A stretch of DNA of 64,000 bases, taken from assembly GCA_963736785.1 (NCBI GenBank), contig CAVTQG010000053.1, positions 64,039 to 128,038 on the forward strand. The letters are read 5' to 3'. The position numbers and the translations under genes are program-made. Within the stretch, counting starts at the first letter, position 1; the number at the start of each line of letters is the position of its first letter. The notes below the pieces were generated by a model. The model did no database searches, had not been told where the DNA came from, and worked only from the letters and a program-made list of their open reading frames with translations. This document shows positions 1-8,286 of this stretch, one piece after another. Origin of the DNA: an uncultured Spirochaetota bacterium. Its GTDB lineage: Bacteria; Spirochaetota; Spirochaetia; SZUA-6; DRHE01.

Positions 1-281
1 TGAGGGGCAGGAAGCCCTGCAGGCGCTGCAGGCCGTAGACGACGCAGCAGCCCGGCGAGGTTGAACAGCAGCATGCCCGCGGCGTAGCTCTTCCAGCCCA
101 TCTCCTGGGCCGGGTCCACCCCGGCCAGCCGGTAGATCAGCCGCTCCACCGGCCCGAGCACGGCGTCCAGGAAGGTCCGCCGCCCTTCGTACACGCGCGC
201 CATGTAGGCGCCCAGGGGCCGGACCAGCAGGGTCAGGAGCACCAGGTACAAGGCGATCTGCAGGATCCCGCTGAGATTCAT
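1..281 (-). CDS. kdpA: Potassium-transporting ATPase subunit KdpA, N-terminal part (runs off the window; one frame break near 45-50)
   Basis: Minus-strand ATG at 281 behind GGAGG. Translation is MNLSGILQIALYLVLLTLLVRPLGAYMARVYEGRRTFLDAVLGPVERLIYRLAGVDPAQEMGWKSYAAGMLLFNLAGLL, then VVYGLQRLQGFLPL after a 1-nt frame change. This is the conserved KdpA N-terminus, and it follows kdpF as in kdpFABC operons. Confidence 0.85.
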   Translation of the reverse strand, partial: MNLSGILQIALYLVLLTLLVRPLGAYMARVYEGRRTFLDAVLGPVERLIYRLAGVDPAQEMGWKSYAAGMLLFNLAGLLRRLRPAAPAGLPAP

Positions 282-303
282 GGACAGCACCTCCTTGGCG
301 AGC

Positions 304-396
304 CTATTCGAACCACTCCGGCTTCATCAGGGCCAGGAGCAGGTAGACCAACAGGCCCAACGAGATCAGGCCGGCGATCAGGTATAGTGCGTTCAC
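304..396 (-). CDS. kdpF: K+-transporting ATPase subunit F (30-aa single-TM peptide)
   Basis: GTG at 396 behind GGGAGG. Product VNALYLIAGLISLGLLVYLLLALMKPEWFE has KdpF-like size and hydrophobicity and lies 22 nt upstream of kdpA. The 136-aa track ORF 304..714 is an over-extension. Confidence 0.75.
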   Translation of the reverse strand: MNALYLIAGLISLGLLVYLLLALMKPEWFE

Positions 397-491
397 TTCT
401 TGCCTCCCAGAAGCTTCGTGAAAAGCACCAGCAGGCCCCAGGTCGCCACGGCAAAAACGGCGACGATTCCCAGATAAATCAGGTCGCGCAT
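393..491 (-). CDS. Hypothetical 32-aa hydrophobic micropeptide, translationally coupled to kdpF
   Basis: ATG at 491 behind GGAGGG. Product is MRDLIYLGIVAVFAVATWGLLVLFTKLLGGKK. Its TGA (393-395) overlaps the kdpF GTG (394-396). It is too short for the ORF track. Confidence 0.45.
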   Translation of the reverse strand: MRDLIYLGIVAVFAVATWGLLVLFTKLLGGKK

Positions 492-616
492 ACGCCCTCC
501 GTTCCCTGTCAATATGGGCGAAGCCGGCCCGGAATGGGTCTAAAAATGCAGTCAGAGTGCATAAAAAAGGAGTAAAAGCTGCGAAACCGCCATTAGGGCT
601 CGTTATATTCTCACTA

Positions 617-1816
617 ATGAATGTCCTGATCATCGGGAACGGGATCGCCGGCGTCAACGTTGCGGGAGCACTGCGAAAGCTGGAAGCCGACCCGGATCGC
701 CTCTCTATCGACATCTACACCAAAGAGCCTTACGAGCTTTATTCCCGCATCCGGCTGCCGGAGATCTTCCGCTCGCGACTGGATTTCTCCGATATCGAAA
801 TGTATCAGCCCGGCTGGTACGAGCAACGCCACATCCGGGTGCACAAGAGCCAGGAGGTCGTGCGCCTCGAGAGGGGCGATAGGCGTGTCGTGATGGGGGA
901 CGGCCGTGAGCTCCCCTACGACAAACTTGTGCTCTGCATGGGCGCCGACAGCGCCTGCCCGCCAATTCCCAACGCCGGCCTGGAAGGGATTTTTACCATT
1001 CGGGAGTACGGGGACGCCGACGCCCTGCGACGCTACCTGCAGGCCGGCACCCGCCAGCTGGTAGTGGTCGGCGGAGGCCTGTTGGGGCTGGAGGCGGCGT
1101 CCAACCTCCGTTCCCCGGCGCTGGAAAAGCTGACGATCATCGAGCAGGCGCAGCGTCTGCTTGCCCGCCAGTTGGACGCGACGGGCGCCGCCATGCTGAA
1201 ACGCCTGGTCGAAAAGTGGCCCTGCGAGGTGCTGACGGGCAATAGCATCTCCTCGTTCCTGGGCCGCGGCCGGGTGGGCGGTGTGCGCCTGGCCGACGGG
1301 CGGGAACTTCCGGCGCAAACCGTGCTCATCTCCGCAGGGATCCGGCCCCGGGTCGAGCTGGCACGGGAGGCGGGGCTGGTGGTAAACCGGGGGATCGTGG
1401 TCGACTCGCACCTGCGCTCCAGCGACCCGCACATCTACGTGGCCGGGGATCTGGTGGAGTTCGAGTGGGTGGTGTGGGGAATCATTCCCGCGGCCCTGGA
1501 CCACGCCCCGGTGGTGGCCCACAACCTGCTCGGGGCGCAGGGAGAGCTGGCCTACCGGCAAACCATCCCTCAGAACAGCCTCAAGGTGGCCGGCATCGAG
1601 CTCACCAGCATCGGTAACGTAAACCTGGAGGACGAACCGGGGTATCCGGTGGTTCGTCGACAGGATGAGCCGGGCGAACGCTACGAAAAATGGGTGTTCC
1701 AGAACGGGAGGCTGAGTGGCTGCATCTTGCTGGGTTCGCGGGTTAACCTGGCCTTCGCCCGCCGTTCGGTAGGCCGTGAGGTCGATCCGGCCGAGGTGCA
1801 TTCTCTTCCCTGGTAG
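617..1816 (+). CDS. NAD(P)/FAD-dependent pyridine nucleotide-disulfide oxidoreductase (NirB/rubredoxin-reductase-like)
   Basis: Track ORF 557..1816. The Rossmann start MNVLIIGNGIAGVNVA argues for the ATG at 617. A second dinucleotide fold is present (QLVVVGGGLLGLEAA), as is the GD motif (IYVAGD). Confidence 0.85.
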   Translation: MNVLIIGNGIAGVNVAGALRKLEADPDRLSIDIYTKEPYELYSRIRLPEIFRSRLDFSDIEMYQPGWYEQRHIRVHKSQEVVRLERGDRRVVMGDGRELPYDKLVLCMGADSACPPIPNAGLEGIFTIREYGDADALRRYLQAGTRQLVVVGGGLLGLEAASNLRSPALEKLTIIEQAQRLLARQLDATGAAMLKRLVEKWPCEVLTGNSISSFLGRGRVGGVRLADGRELPAQTVLISAGIRPRVELAREAGLVVNRGIVVDSHLRSSDPHIYVAGDLVEFEWVVWGIIPAALDHAPVVAHNLLGAQGELAYRQTIPQNSLKVAGIELTSIGNVNLEDEPGYPVVRRQDEPGERYEKWVFQNGRLSGCILLGSRVNLAFARRSVGREVDPAEVHSLPW

Positions 1817-1824
1817 GCCCCGCT

Positions 1825-2460
1825 TCAGTCGAATAATAAGCCCTGGCTGCCCCGCAGGCGCTCCTCCACGATGGCCACGATTTTCCGCAAATCGTCCCTT
1901 TCCCGCACGAAATCCAGACGGTCGGAGGGGACCTTCAGCACAGGTGCCAACGTGAAGCCGGCGATCCATTCCTCGTACAGGGCGTTGAGCTGCCCGAGGT
2001 AGTCGTCGCTGATGCCCGCCTCGAAGCCGCGGCCGCGCTGGGCGATCCGGCGGCGCAGGGTCGGGACCGAGGCCCGCAGGTAGACCACCAGGTCCGGAGG
2101 CGGCAGGAGGGTGGTGAAGGTGCGGTACAACCCCTGGTAAGTCTGCCAGTCCCGGTCGCTGATGCAGCCCTGGCGGTAGAGGTTCCTGGCGAAGACCTCG
2201 GCGTCTTCATACAGCGAGCGGTCCTGGACCACCGAGTACGGGTCATCCATCAGGGCCCGGTGGGAGCGCACGCGGTGGGTCAGAAAGAAGACCTGCGAGT
2301 GGAAGGCCCAGCTCCCCATATCCTTGTAGAAGTCCACCAGGTAGGGGTTTTCGGCCACCGGCTCGAAATAGGGTTTCCAGCCCAGCGCCTCGCACATCAG
2401 GCTGACGAGCGTGGTCTTGCCGGCGCCGATGTTGCCGGCCAGCACGACGTACTTTTTCAA
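1825..2460 (-). CDS. Deoxynucleoside kinase (dAK/dGK/dCK family)
   Basis: 211-aa ORF with P-loop LAGNIGAGKTTL and typical dNK blocks (FEPVAENPYLVDFY, FHSQVFFL, DRSLYED). Confidence 0.9.
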   Translation of the reverse strand: MKKYVVLAGNIGAGKTTLVSLMCEALGWKPYFEPVAENPYLVDFYKDMGSWAFHSQVFFLTHRVRSHRALMDDPYSVVQDRSLYEDAEVFARNLYRQGCISDRDWQTYQGLYRTFTTLLPPPDLVVYLRASVPTLRRRIAQRGRGFEAGISDDYLGQLNALYEEWIAGFTLAPVLKVPSDRLDFVRERDDLRKIVAIVEERLRGSQGLLFD

Positions 2461-2474
2461 TTGCGGGATCGTGC

Positions 2475-2774
2475 CTACAGCAGGTCTTTCAGCCCCTGCG
2501 AAGCCGTGTACAGCGTTCCGACCCCGGCCAGGTGATAGGCCACCCTCAAAGACTCGGCGAGTTCCTGGGTGGTCGCCCCCGACTGCATTGCCGCAGCCGC
2601 CAGGGCCCGAACGCCGGCTGCGGCGCCATGCGCCGCGTCGAAAGCCATGGCGATCAGCAGCTTGATCTTCCTGGGCAGGGCTCCGTCCCCGTAGATCAGC
2701 GCGTCGCTGTCCTTCAGGTGCTGCACGATGGACGGATCGATTTTCCCGAGTGCGGCCAGCGGATTCTCTGCCAT
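2475..2774 (-). CDS. Carboxymuconolactone decarboxylase (AhpD-like) family protein
   Basis: ATG at 2774 behind GGAGG. The 99-aa product MAENPLAALGKIDPSIVQHLK...LLIAMAFDAAHGAAAGV...YHLAGVG fits the CMD/AhpD fold. The track ORF start at 2879 is an upstream extension. Confidence 0.8.
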   Translation of the reverse strand: MAENPLAALGKIDPSIVQHLKDSDALIYGDGALPRKIKLLIAMAFDAAHGAAAGVRALAAAAMQSGATTQELAESLRVAYHLAGVGTLYTASQGLKDLL

Positions 2775-2925
2775 GGTCTGCCTCCTTCCGGATATTAGAA
2801 TTCCTCCGATTCCGATGCCCTTATAGCCGGGTGGTGACGAAGGATTTTCCATTGGCAATCCTGCCGTCATGGTGCCCACCGTGGGCCGCCAGCCCTCGGG
2901 GGCACCCGCGTTTTCTTCCGGCCTG

Positions 2926-4998
2926 TCAGCTCAGGGCCTTCAAACAGTCCTCGATTATCGACAAGCCCTGGTTGATCTGGGCCTGGGTGATCACCAGGGG
3001 CGGGGCCAGGCGGATGGAGCACTCCCCGGCGCCCAGTAGAAGTAGCCCTTTCTTGAAGGCCTCTTCCAGCAAGCGATTGCGCTTGTCCTTGGCAGGAGTT
3101 TTTTTCGCGTCGGCCACCAGTTCGATGCCCACCATCAACCCCAGGCCGCGCACGTCCCCGATGAGGGGGTACCTCTGCTGCATCCCCTGCAGCTGGGCCT
3201 TGAGGTACTCGCCCTGGACGCGGGACTTCTCCACCAGCTTCTCCTCGGCGATCACTCGCAGCACTGCCTTGGCCGCCTCCAGGATGATCGGCCCGCCGTT
3301 GAGCGTGCCCTCGTGCGCCCCCTCCTCCCAATCCATGACCTCGGCGCGGGCCACCGCCGCGCCGGCGGGCAGCCCGTGGGCGAAGGCCTTGGAGATGGCC
3401 ATGATGTCCGGCGCTACCCCGGAGTGCTCGCAGGCCCACATCTTCCCCGTGCGCCCGAAGCCGCTCTGCACCTCGTCCACGATCAGGACGATCCCGTGCT
3501 GCCGGCAGATGGCCTGCAGGCGCGGCAGGAACTCCTTGGGCGGCACGATGTAGCCGCCGGCCCCCTGCACGGCCTCCACCAGCAGGAAGGCCACCTCGTC
3601 GGGCGGGGTGATCTTCTTCAGCGTGATGTCGCTCAGGTAGTTCAGGCAGTGCAGGTCGCAGGAGGGGTACTCCCGGTTGAACAGGCAGCGGTAGCAGTAG
3701 GGGTAGGGCACGAAGTGCCCGATCGGGTACATGGGGGCGAAGCCGCGCCGGGCCGAGACGCCCGTGGTGGTGAAGCTCACCGCGCCCATGGTCCGTCCGT
3801 GGAAGCCGTTGATGAAGCCGATCCCGTAGGGCCGTCGGGTGTGCCACTTGGCCATCTTGATGGCCGTGTCGATGGCCTCGCTGCCGGAGTTGGAATAAAA
3901 CACCCGCTTGGGGAAGTCCCCCGGGGTGGCGCGGAAGAGCATTTCCGCGTACTCGATTTGCGGCACGGTGTAGTAGTCCAGGCTGTTGAGGAACACCAGG
4001 CGGTCCAGCTGGGCCTTGATGGCCGCGATCACCTCCGGGTGGCGGTGACCCAGGGAGTTCACGGCGATCCCCGAGCCGAAGTCCAGGAACACGTTGCCGT
4101 CCGCGTCCTCCACGTACACCCCTTCGCCCTTCACGCCCACCAGCGGCGAGCTGCGGCTCAGGGAAGGGGAGAGCAGCTGGTTGTCCTTACGGATCCACTC
4201 CATGGCCTTGGGGCCGGGCGGGGTCACGACGATCTTCGGCGCGCTGTAGGCCATGCGGCATTGGGGCACGGCCGGCGCGGCTTTGTGCGAATGCGCGGGG
4301 TCCAGCTCCAGCTCGATGCGCTTGTTGATCCGGCCCTTGCTCTTGTAGCCGGCCACCCTCACGGCGCCCACCTCGCGCGTGTTGGCCACATGGGTGCCGC
4401 CGTCGGCCTGCAGGTCCAGGCCCTCGATCTCCACGGTGCGGACGATGGTGATGTCCACGGGCAGCAGGTTGATCTTGGTGCGGATCAGGTCGGGGATGCG
4501 GAAGGCTTCATCCCTGGCGAGGTGGCGCACGGTCACCGCGCGGGCGGCGGCCACTTCGGCGGCCAGGCGGGCCTCGATCTCGTGCACCAGGTCCCCGTGC
4601 AGTGTCTGGAACTCGAAGTCCATGCGCCCCTTCAGCGGCTCCATGTTGCCGCCGGTGACCTGGGCCTGGTAGTCGCGCCAGACCACCCCGCAGAGGATGT
4701 GGAAGGCGGTGTGGGTGCGCATCAGGGCGTAGCGCCGCTCCCAGTCCAGCACGCCGTGCACGGCGGTCCCCGGCGCGGGAGGGTCCCCCTCCAGGACGTG
4801 CCAAATCCATTCAGCCCTGCGCTGCACCTTGCGCACCGGGAGCCCCGCCAGCGACCCCAGGTCGCACGGCTGTCCGCCGCCGCCGGGGTAGAAGGCCGTG
4901 CGGTCCAGGGCCACGGCGCGCTCGGCCGCGTCCGTCCCGGTCACCACCGCGTCGAACTCGCGCAGGTAAGCGTCGGTCTGGGCCAACAACTCGGTCAT
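2926..4998 (-). CDS. Single-ORF fusion: AlaX-type alanyl-tRNA editing domain (aa 1-~235) plus class-III PLP aminotransferase (aa 249-690)
   Basis: Uninterrupted 690-aa ORF. The N-terminal part carries THTAFH...DGGTHV (tRNA-synthetase second additional domain / AlaX zinc motifs). From the internal ATG at 4254 it reads MAYSAPKIVVTPPGPKA...NSGSEAIDTAIK...DEVQSGFGRTGKMWA...ISKAFAHG (GabT/ArgD-like, PLP lysine). No stop in the junction and no SD before the internal ATG. Confidence 0.85.
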   Translation of the reverse strand: MTELLAQTDAYLREFDAVVTGTDAAERAVALDRTAFYPGGGGQPCDLGSLAGLPVRKVQRRAEWIWHVLEGDPPAPGTAVHGVLDWERRYALMRTHTAFHILCGVVWRDYQAQVTGGNMEPLKGRMDFEFQTLHGDLVHEIEARLAAEVAAARAVTVRHLARDEAFRIPDLIRTKINLLPVDITIVRTVEIEGLDLQADGGTHVANTREVGAVRVAGYKSKGRINKRIELELDPAHSHKAAPAVPQCRMAYSAPKIVVTPPGPKAMEWIRKDNQLLSPSLSRSSPLVGVKGEGVYVEDADGNVFLDFGSGIAVNSLGHRHPEVIAAIKAQLDRLVFLNSLDYYTVPQIEYAEMLFRATPGDFPKRVFYSNSGSEAIDTAIKMAKWHTRRPYGIGFINGFHGRTMGAVSFTTTGVSARRGFAPMYPIGHFVPYPYCYRCLFNREYPSCDLHCLNYLSDITLKKITPPDEVAFLLVEAVQGAGGYIVPPKEFLPRLQAICRQHGIVLIVDEVQSGFGRTGKMWACEHSGVAPDIMAISKAFAHGLPAGAAVARAEVMDWEEGAHEGTLNGGPIILEAAKAVLRVIAEEKLVEKSRVQGEYLKAQLQGMQQRYPLIGDVRGLGLMVGIELVADAKKTPAKDKRNRLLEEAFKKGLLLLGAGECSIRLAPPLVITQAQINQGLSIIEDCLKALS

Positions 4999-5028
4999 GC
5001 CTTCATTATATTACATTTATGAACGCGC

Positions 5029-6156
5029 ATGGAGCACGATGGTAGGAACCGCCGGGCCCCGAGGAAGTCCGGGCAGTACTACAGAAAGGCCTCCCGGAGG
5101 AGTCGGTCCGCGGCAAGCGGGTCCTGGTGATCACTCCCGACGGGACCCGGACCTGCCCGCTGCCCCTGCTGGTCCGGGCCCTCGGCCAGACCATCGGCGC
5201 GCCGGCGGCGCGGCTGGATTTCATGGTCGCGCTGGGCTCGCACCCGGTGATGGGCGAGGCGGAAGTCCTGCGGTTGTATGGCCTGGCGCCGGACGAGCGC
5301 GAGCGCCTGTTTCCCCGGTCGCGCTTCCTCTGCCATCGCTGGGACCTTCCCGGAACCCTGACCTCGCTGGGCACGATCGGCGCTGGCGAGGTCGAACGGC
5401 TGACCGGCGGGAACAAATACCTGTTCCCCGGCATCTCCGGCGGGGCGTTCCTGCACTTCACGCATTGGCTGGGGGCCGTGATCACCTGCCGGGAGATTAT
5501 CGGGCGCAAGGACACCCCCGTCCGCCGCCTGCTGGACCGCGCCGCGACCCTGCTGCCGGTCCCCCGGCTGGGCGTCAGCCCGGTGGTCGAGGAAGGCGGA
5601 GCCCTGGCCGGCCTGTTTGCCGGCCCGGTGGAGCAGGCCTGGTCGCAGGCCGCGGATCTGGCCTTCGCGCTGCACGTCCGCCTCCTGGAGCGCCCCTGCC
5701 GCACCGTGCTGGGCGTGGCCCCGCGGATGTACGACGAGCTGTGGGTGGGCGGCAAGGTGATGTACAAGCTGGAGTCGGCGGTCGCCGACGGCGGCCGCCT
5801 GATCATCTATGCCCCGCACTTGCGCGAGGTCAGCCGCACCTGGGGCGCGCTGCTCGAGGGGGTCGGCTACCACGTGCGCGACTATTTCCTGCGGCAGTGG
5901 GAGCGCTTCCGCGATTTTCCCTGGGCGGTGCTGGCCCATTCCGCGCACGTGAAGGGGGCGGGCAGCTCGGACGGAGTGGACCCCGCGCATCGAGGCGGTG
6001 CTGGCCGCGGGACTTCCGGAAGGGCTCTGCCGCAAACTGAACCTGGGCTACCTGGATCCGGCCGGCGTGCGCCTGGAGGATTACCGCGGCCGCGAAGCCG
6101 AGGGGATCCTGCTCGTGGATCAGGCAGGGGAAACCCTGTACCGGGTCGGGAAATGA
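5029..6156 (+). pseudogene. LarA-like (lactate racemase N-terminal domain, DUF2088) protein, frame broken twice
   Basis: Core is track ORF 5127..6161 (VLVITPDGTRTCPLP, YLFPGISGGAF). The N-terminus MEHDGRNRRA sits in another frame (break near 5055-5060). The C-terminus RIEAVLAAGLPEGLCRKLNLGYLDPAGVRLEDYRGREAEGILLVDQAGETLYRVGK* sits in a third frame (break near 5960). Confidence 0.6.
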
Positions 6157-6183
6157 GCTGAGCAGCGGGGGCGCCCGTAGCGC

Positions 6184-6627
6184 CTATTCTTTTCCCGGAA
6201 TCAATGGATTGAGCGTCTTGAGCTCGGGGAAGCGGCTGAAATCGCGGTCCGCCGTCCACAGTACCGAGATGCCGTTATGGAGGCAGATCGCCGCTACGCG
6301 CGCGTCGTGGATCAAGCCGCCGACTACCCGACCTTTGGACACCAGTCGGCCGAGCACTCTGAAATAGCCGGGTCCCTCGCCGATGGGTACGCACCCCTGG
6401 GATCCGAGCCAGGCTGCCAGACTGGCCAGGGCGGTTTCCCTGGGAGACGGCGGAGCGTAGATCCGCGGGTGCGTGACGATGGCCAGGAACTCGTGAAGGC
6501 AGGGCCACGGAATGGCCCACTGCGACCGCCCCTCCGCCAGGGCCACCAGTCTGCTCAGGGCAGGAGCGTGCCACTCGCTTTCCGCGCGATGGGCGTAAAC
6601 CAGTAGATTGGTGTCCACGGCGATCAC
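6184..6627 (-). CDS. vapC: PIN-domain type II toxin VapC
   Basis: 147 aa with MIAVDTNLLVYA...IHDARVAAIC...TADRDF, carrying the PIN acidic residues. 4-nt ATGA overlap with the upstream antitoxin. Confidence 0.9.
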   Translation of the reverse strand: MIAVDTNLLVYAHRAESEWHAPALSRLVALAEGRSQWAIPWPCLHEFLAIVTHPRIYAPPSPRETALASLAAWLGSQGCVPIGEGPGYFRVLGRLVSKGRVVGGLIHDARVAAICLHNGISVLWTADRDFSRFPELKTLNPLIPGKE

Positions 6628-6869
6628 GAGCCGTACCCCCTGTAGATCTCATCGCGCAGCTCGGCCCAGGATTTGCCGTGGAAGGCGGGGGAAAGGCCCC
6701 GGCCCTGGAAGACCACTGGCTTCACCTTTCTGGTGGAGCCTTCCTCTCGTCGCGATAGTACAAGCTGCAGACCTTCCTCCGTGAGTTCCTTCAGGCTGGT
6801 CTTTTCCCGGCGGGCCAGTGCCTTGGCGCTAGCGAGCAGATTGTCCGCAATGTTGATCGTGGTCTTCAT
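6624..6869 (-). CDS. vapB: Type II antitoxin, VapB-like
   Basis: 81 aa starting MKTTINIADNLLASAKALARREKTSLKELTEEGL, overlapping vapC by 4 nt. Confidence 0.8.
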   Translation of the reverse strand: MKTTINIADNLLASAKALARREKTSLKELTEEGLQLVLSRREEGSTRKVKPVVFQGRGLSPAFHGKSWAELRDEIYRGYGS

Positions 6870-6875
6870 AAAATG

Positions 6876-6904
6876 AGATTAATATGTATAGAAATATTAG
6901 TCAA
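6876..6904 (-). promoter_or_regulatory. Candidate sigma-70 promoter of vapBC (TTGACT-17-TAATCT) only 6 nt from the ATG
   Basis: AT-rich island. Minus-strand reading is TTGACTaatatttctatacatatTAATCTcattttATG, with no SD. Confidence 0.35.
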
Positions 6905-6909
6905 TATGG

Positions 6910-8275
6910 CTAGCCATACAACCCGCCCCTCCGGATGACCCCGCGGTACCACAGGGCGCTGGACTTGGGCGTGCGCTTCTGGGTGGCGAAGTCCACGTGC
7001 ACCAGGCCGAAGCGCCGGTCGTAGCCGCAGGCCCACTCGAAGTTGTCCAGCAGCGACCAGACCTGGTAGCCGCGTAGGCGCACGCCCGCGGCCAGGGCCC
7101 TGCCGGCCGCCTCCAGGTGGCCGCGCAGGTACTCCACCCGCTCCGGGTCGTCGATCCGGCCGTCGACGCGCCGCTCGTCCGGGAAGGCCGCGCCGTTCTC
7201 GGTCACGATCAGCTCCGGGTGCCCGTATTCCCGGTCCAGGCGCGCGAGTGACCGGAACAGGCCCTCGGGCCAGACCTCCCAGCCCATGGAGGTGAAGCGG
7301 GCGCCGGGATGGTCGGGCTGGACCACCTCGAACAGCTCCTCCGGGTCCTCAGGCCGGCGCGCGAACTGGCGGAAGTAGTAGTTCACCCCCAGGAAATCGA
7401 TCGGCGCCTCCGCGAAGGTTTCCAGGTCACCCGCCCGGATGCGCGGCGTCCCATGACGGCGGAGGAAGTGCGCCAGCAGCTCCGCGGGGTAACGGCCGCG
7501 GAACACCGGGTCGAGGAACCAGCGGTTGTGGTAGGCGTCGTACCGCTCGGCGGCGGCGCGGTCGTCGGGGTGCTCGGTCGCCGGCTGGACCCAGGGAAGG
7601 TCCAGGCTGATGCCTATTCGGCCGCCGATTTTTCCCCTGCCCGCCGGCTGCGCCCGGAACGCCTTCACGGCCAGGGCGTGGGCCAGCAGGAGGTGGTGGG
7701 CCACCTGCACGGCCCGGCCTTCGTCCCGGAAGCCCGGTGCGTGCTCGCCGGTGCGGTATCCCAGGTGGGCGGCCACGTAGGGCTCGTTCAGGGTGATCCA
7801 GTGCCGGACGCGGTCCCCCAGGCGCTCGAACAGGAGCGCGGCGTAATCGGCAAAACGCGAAGCCGTGTCCCGTTCCTCCCAACCGCCCAGGTCCTGCAAG
7901 GCTTGCGGCAGGTCCCAGTGGTACAGGGTAGCCAGGGGGGCGATGCCGGCATCGGCCAGCTCGTCCACCAGGCGACGATAGAAGTCCAGACCGGCGGGGT
8001 CCGGGCGGCCCCTGCCTGCGGGGAGCACGCGCGCCCAGGCGATCGAGAAGCGGTAGGAGCTCAAGGACAGCTCCCGCATCATCGCGACGTCCTCGCGCCA
8101 GCGGCGGAAATGGTCGCAGGCGCTCCGGCCCGTGTGTCCGCCGAAGATCTTGCCGGGCGTGTCGCAGAAGCGGTCCCAGATCGTGGGGCCGCGTTCGTCT
8201 CGACGCCCCTTCGACCTGGTAGGAGGAGGTGGCCGCCCCCCAGAGGAAGTCCGGCGGGAAGCGGGGCCCGCCCAT
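6910..8275 (-). pseudogene. GH1 beta-glucosidase, one frame break near 8215
   Basis: N-terminus [24 protein letters not shown] is in the frame of ORF 7427..9670. The rest ([18 protein letters not shown]...[12 protein letters not shown]...TLNEP...IVTENGAAF...) is track ORF 6910..8082. Both GH1 catalytic Glu motifs are present. Confidence 0.85.
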
Positions 8276-8286
8276 TGCGCCCCCGC

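Noticed and set aside
557-616. 20-codon N-terminal extension of the oxidoreductase from GTG 557.
   Set aside because: The Rossmann beta-alpha-beta begins at MNVLIIGNGIAG, so ATG 617 is the natural start. The extension overlaps the promoter-like AT-rich region.
2775-2925. Structured element (GGTGCCC...GGGCACC hairpin) in the 150-nt gap after the AlaX-aminotransferase gene.
   Set aside because: It has a short stem, a long loop and no U-tract. It is indistinguishable from chance pairing in GC-rich DNA without comparative data.
6157-6183. Possible terminator GGCGC-ccgta-GCGCC-tattctttt after the LarA-like gene.
   Set aside because: The stem is only 5 bp. The T-rich tract is actually the complement of the vapC C-terminal codons. 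Too weak to call.
6184-6869. vapBC as a candidate novel defence locus.
   Set aside because: It is an ordinary PIN-toxin/antitoxin pair with canonical 4-nt overlap. No additional linked genes suggest a larger system.
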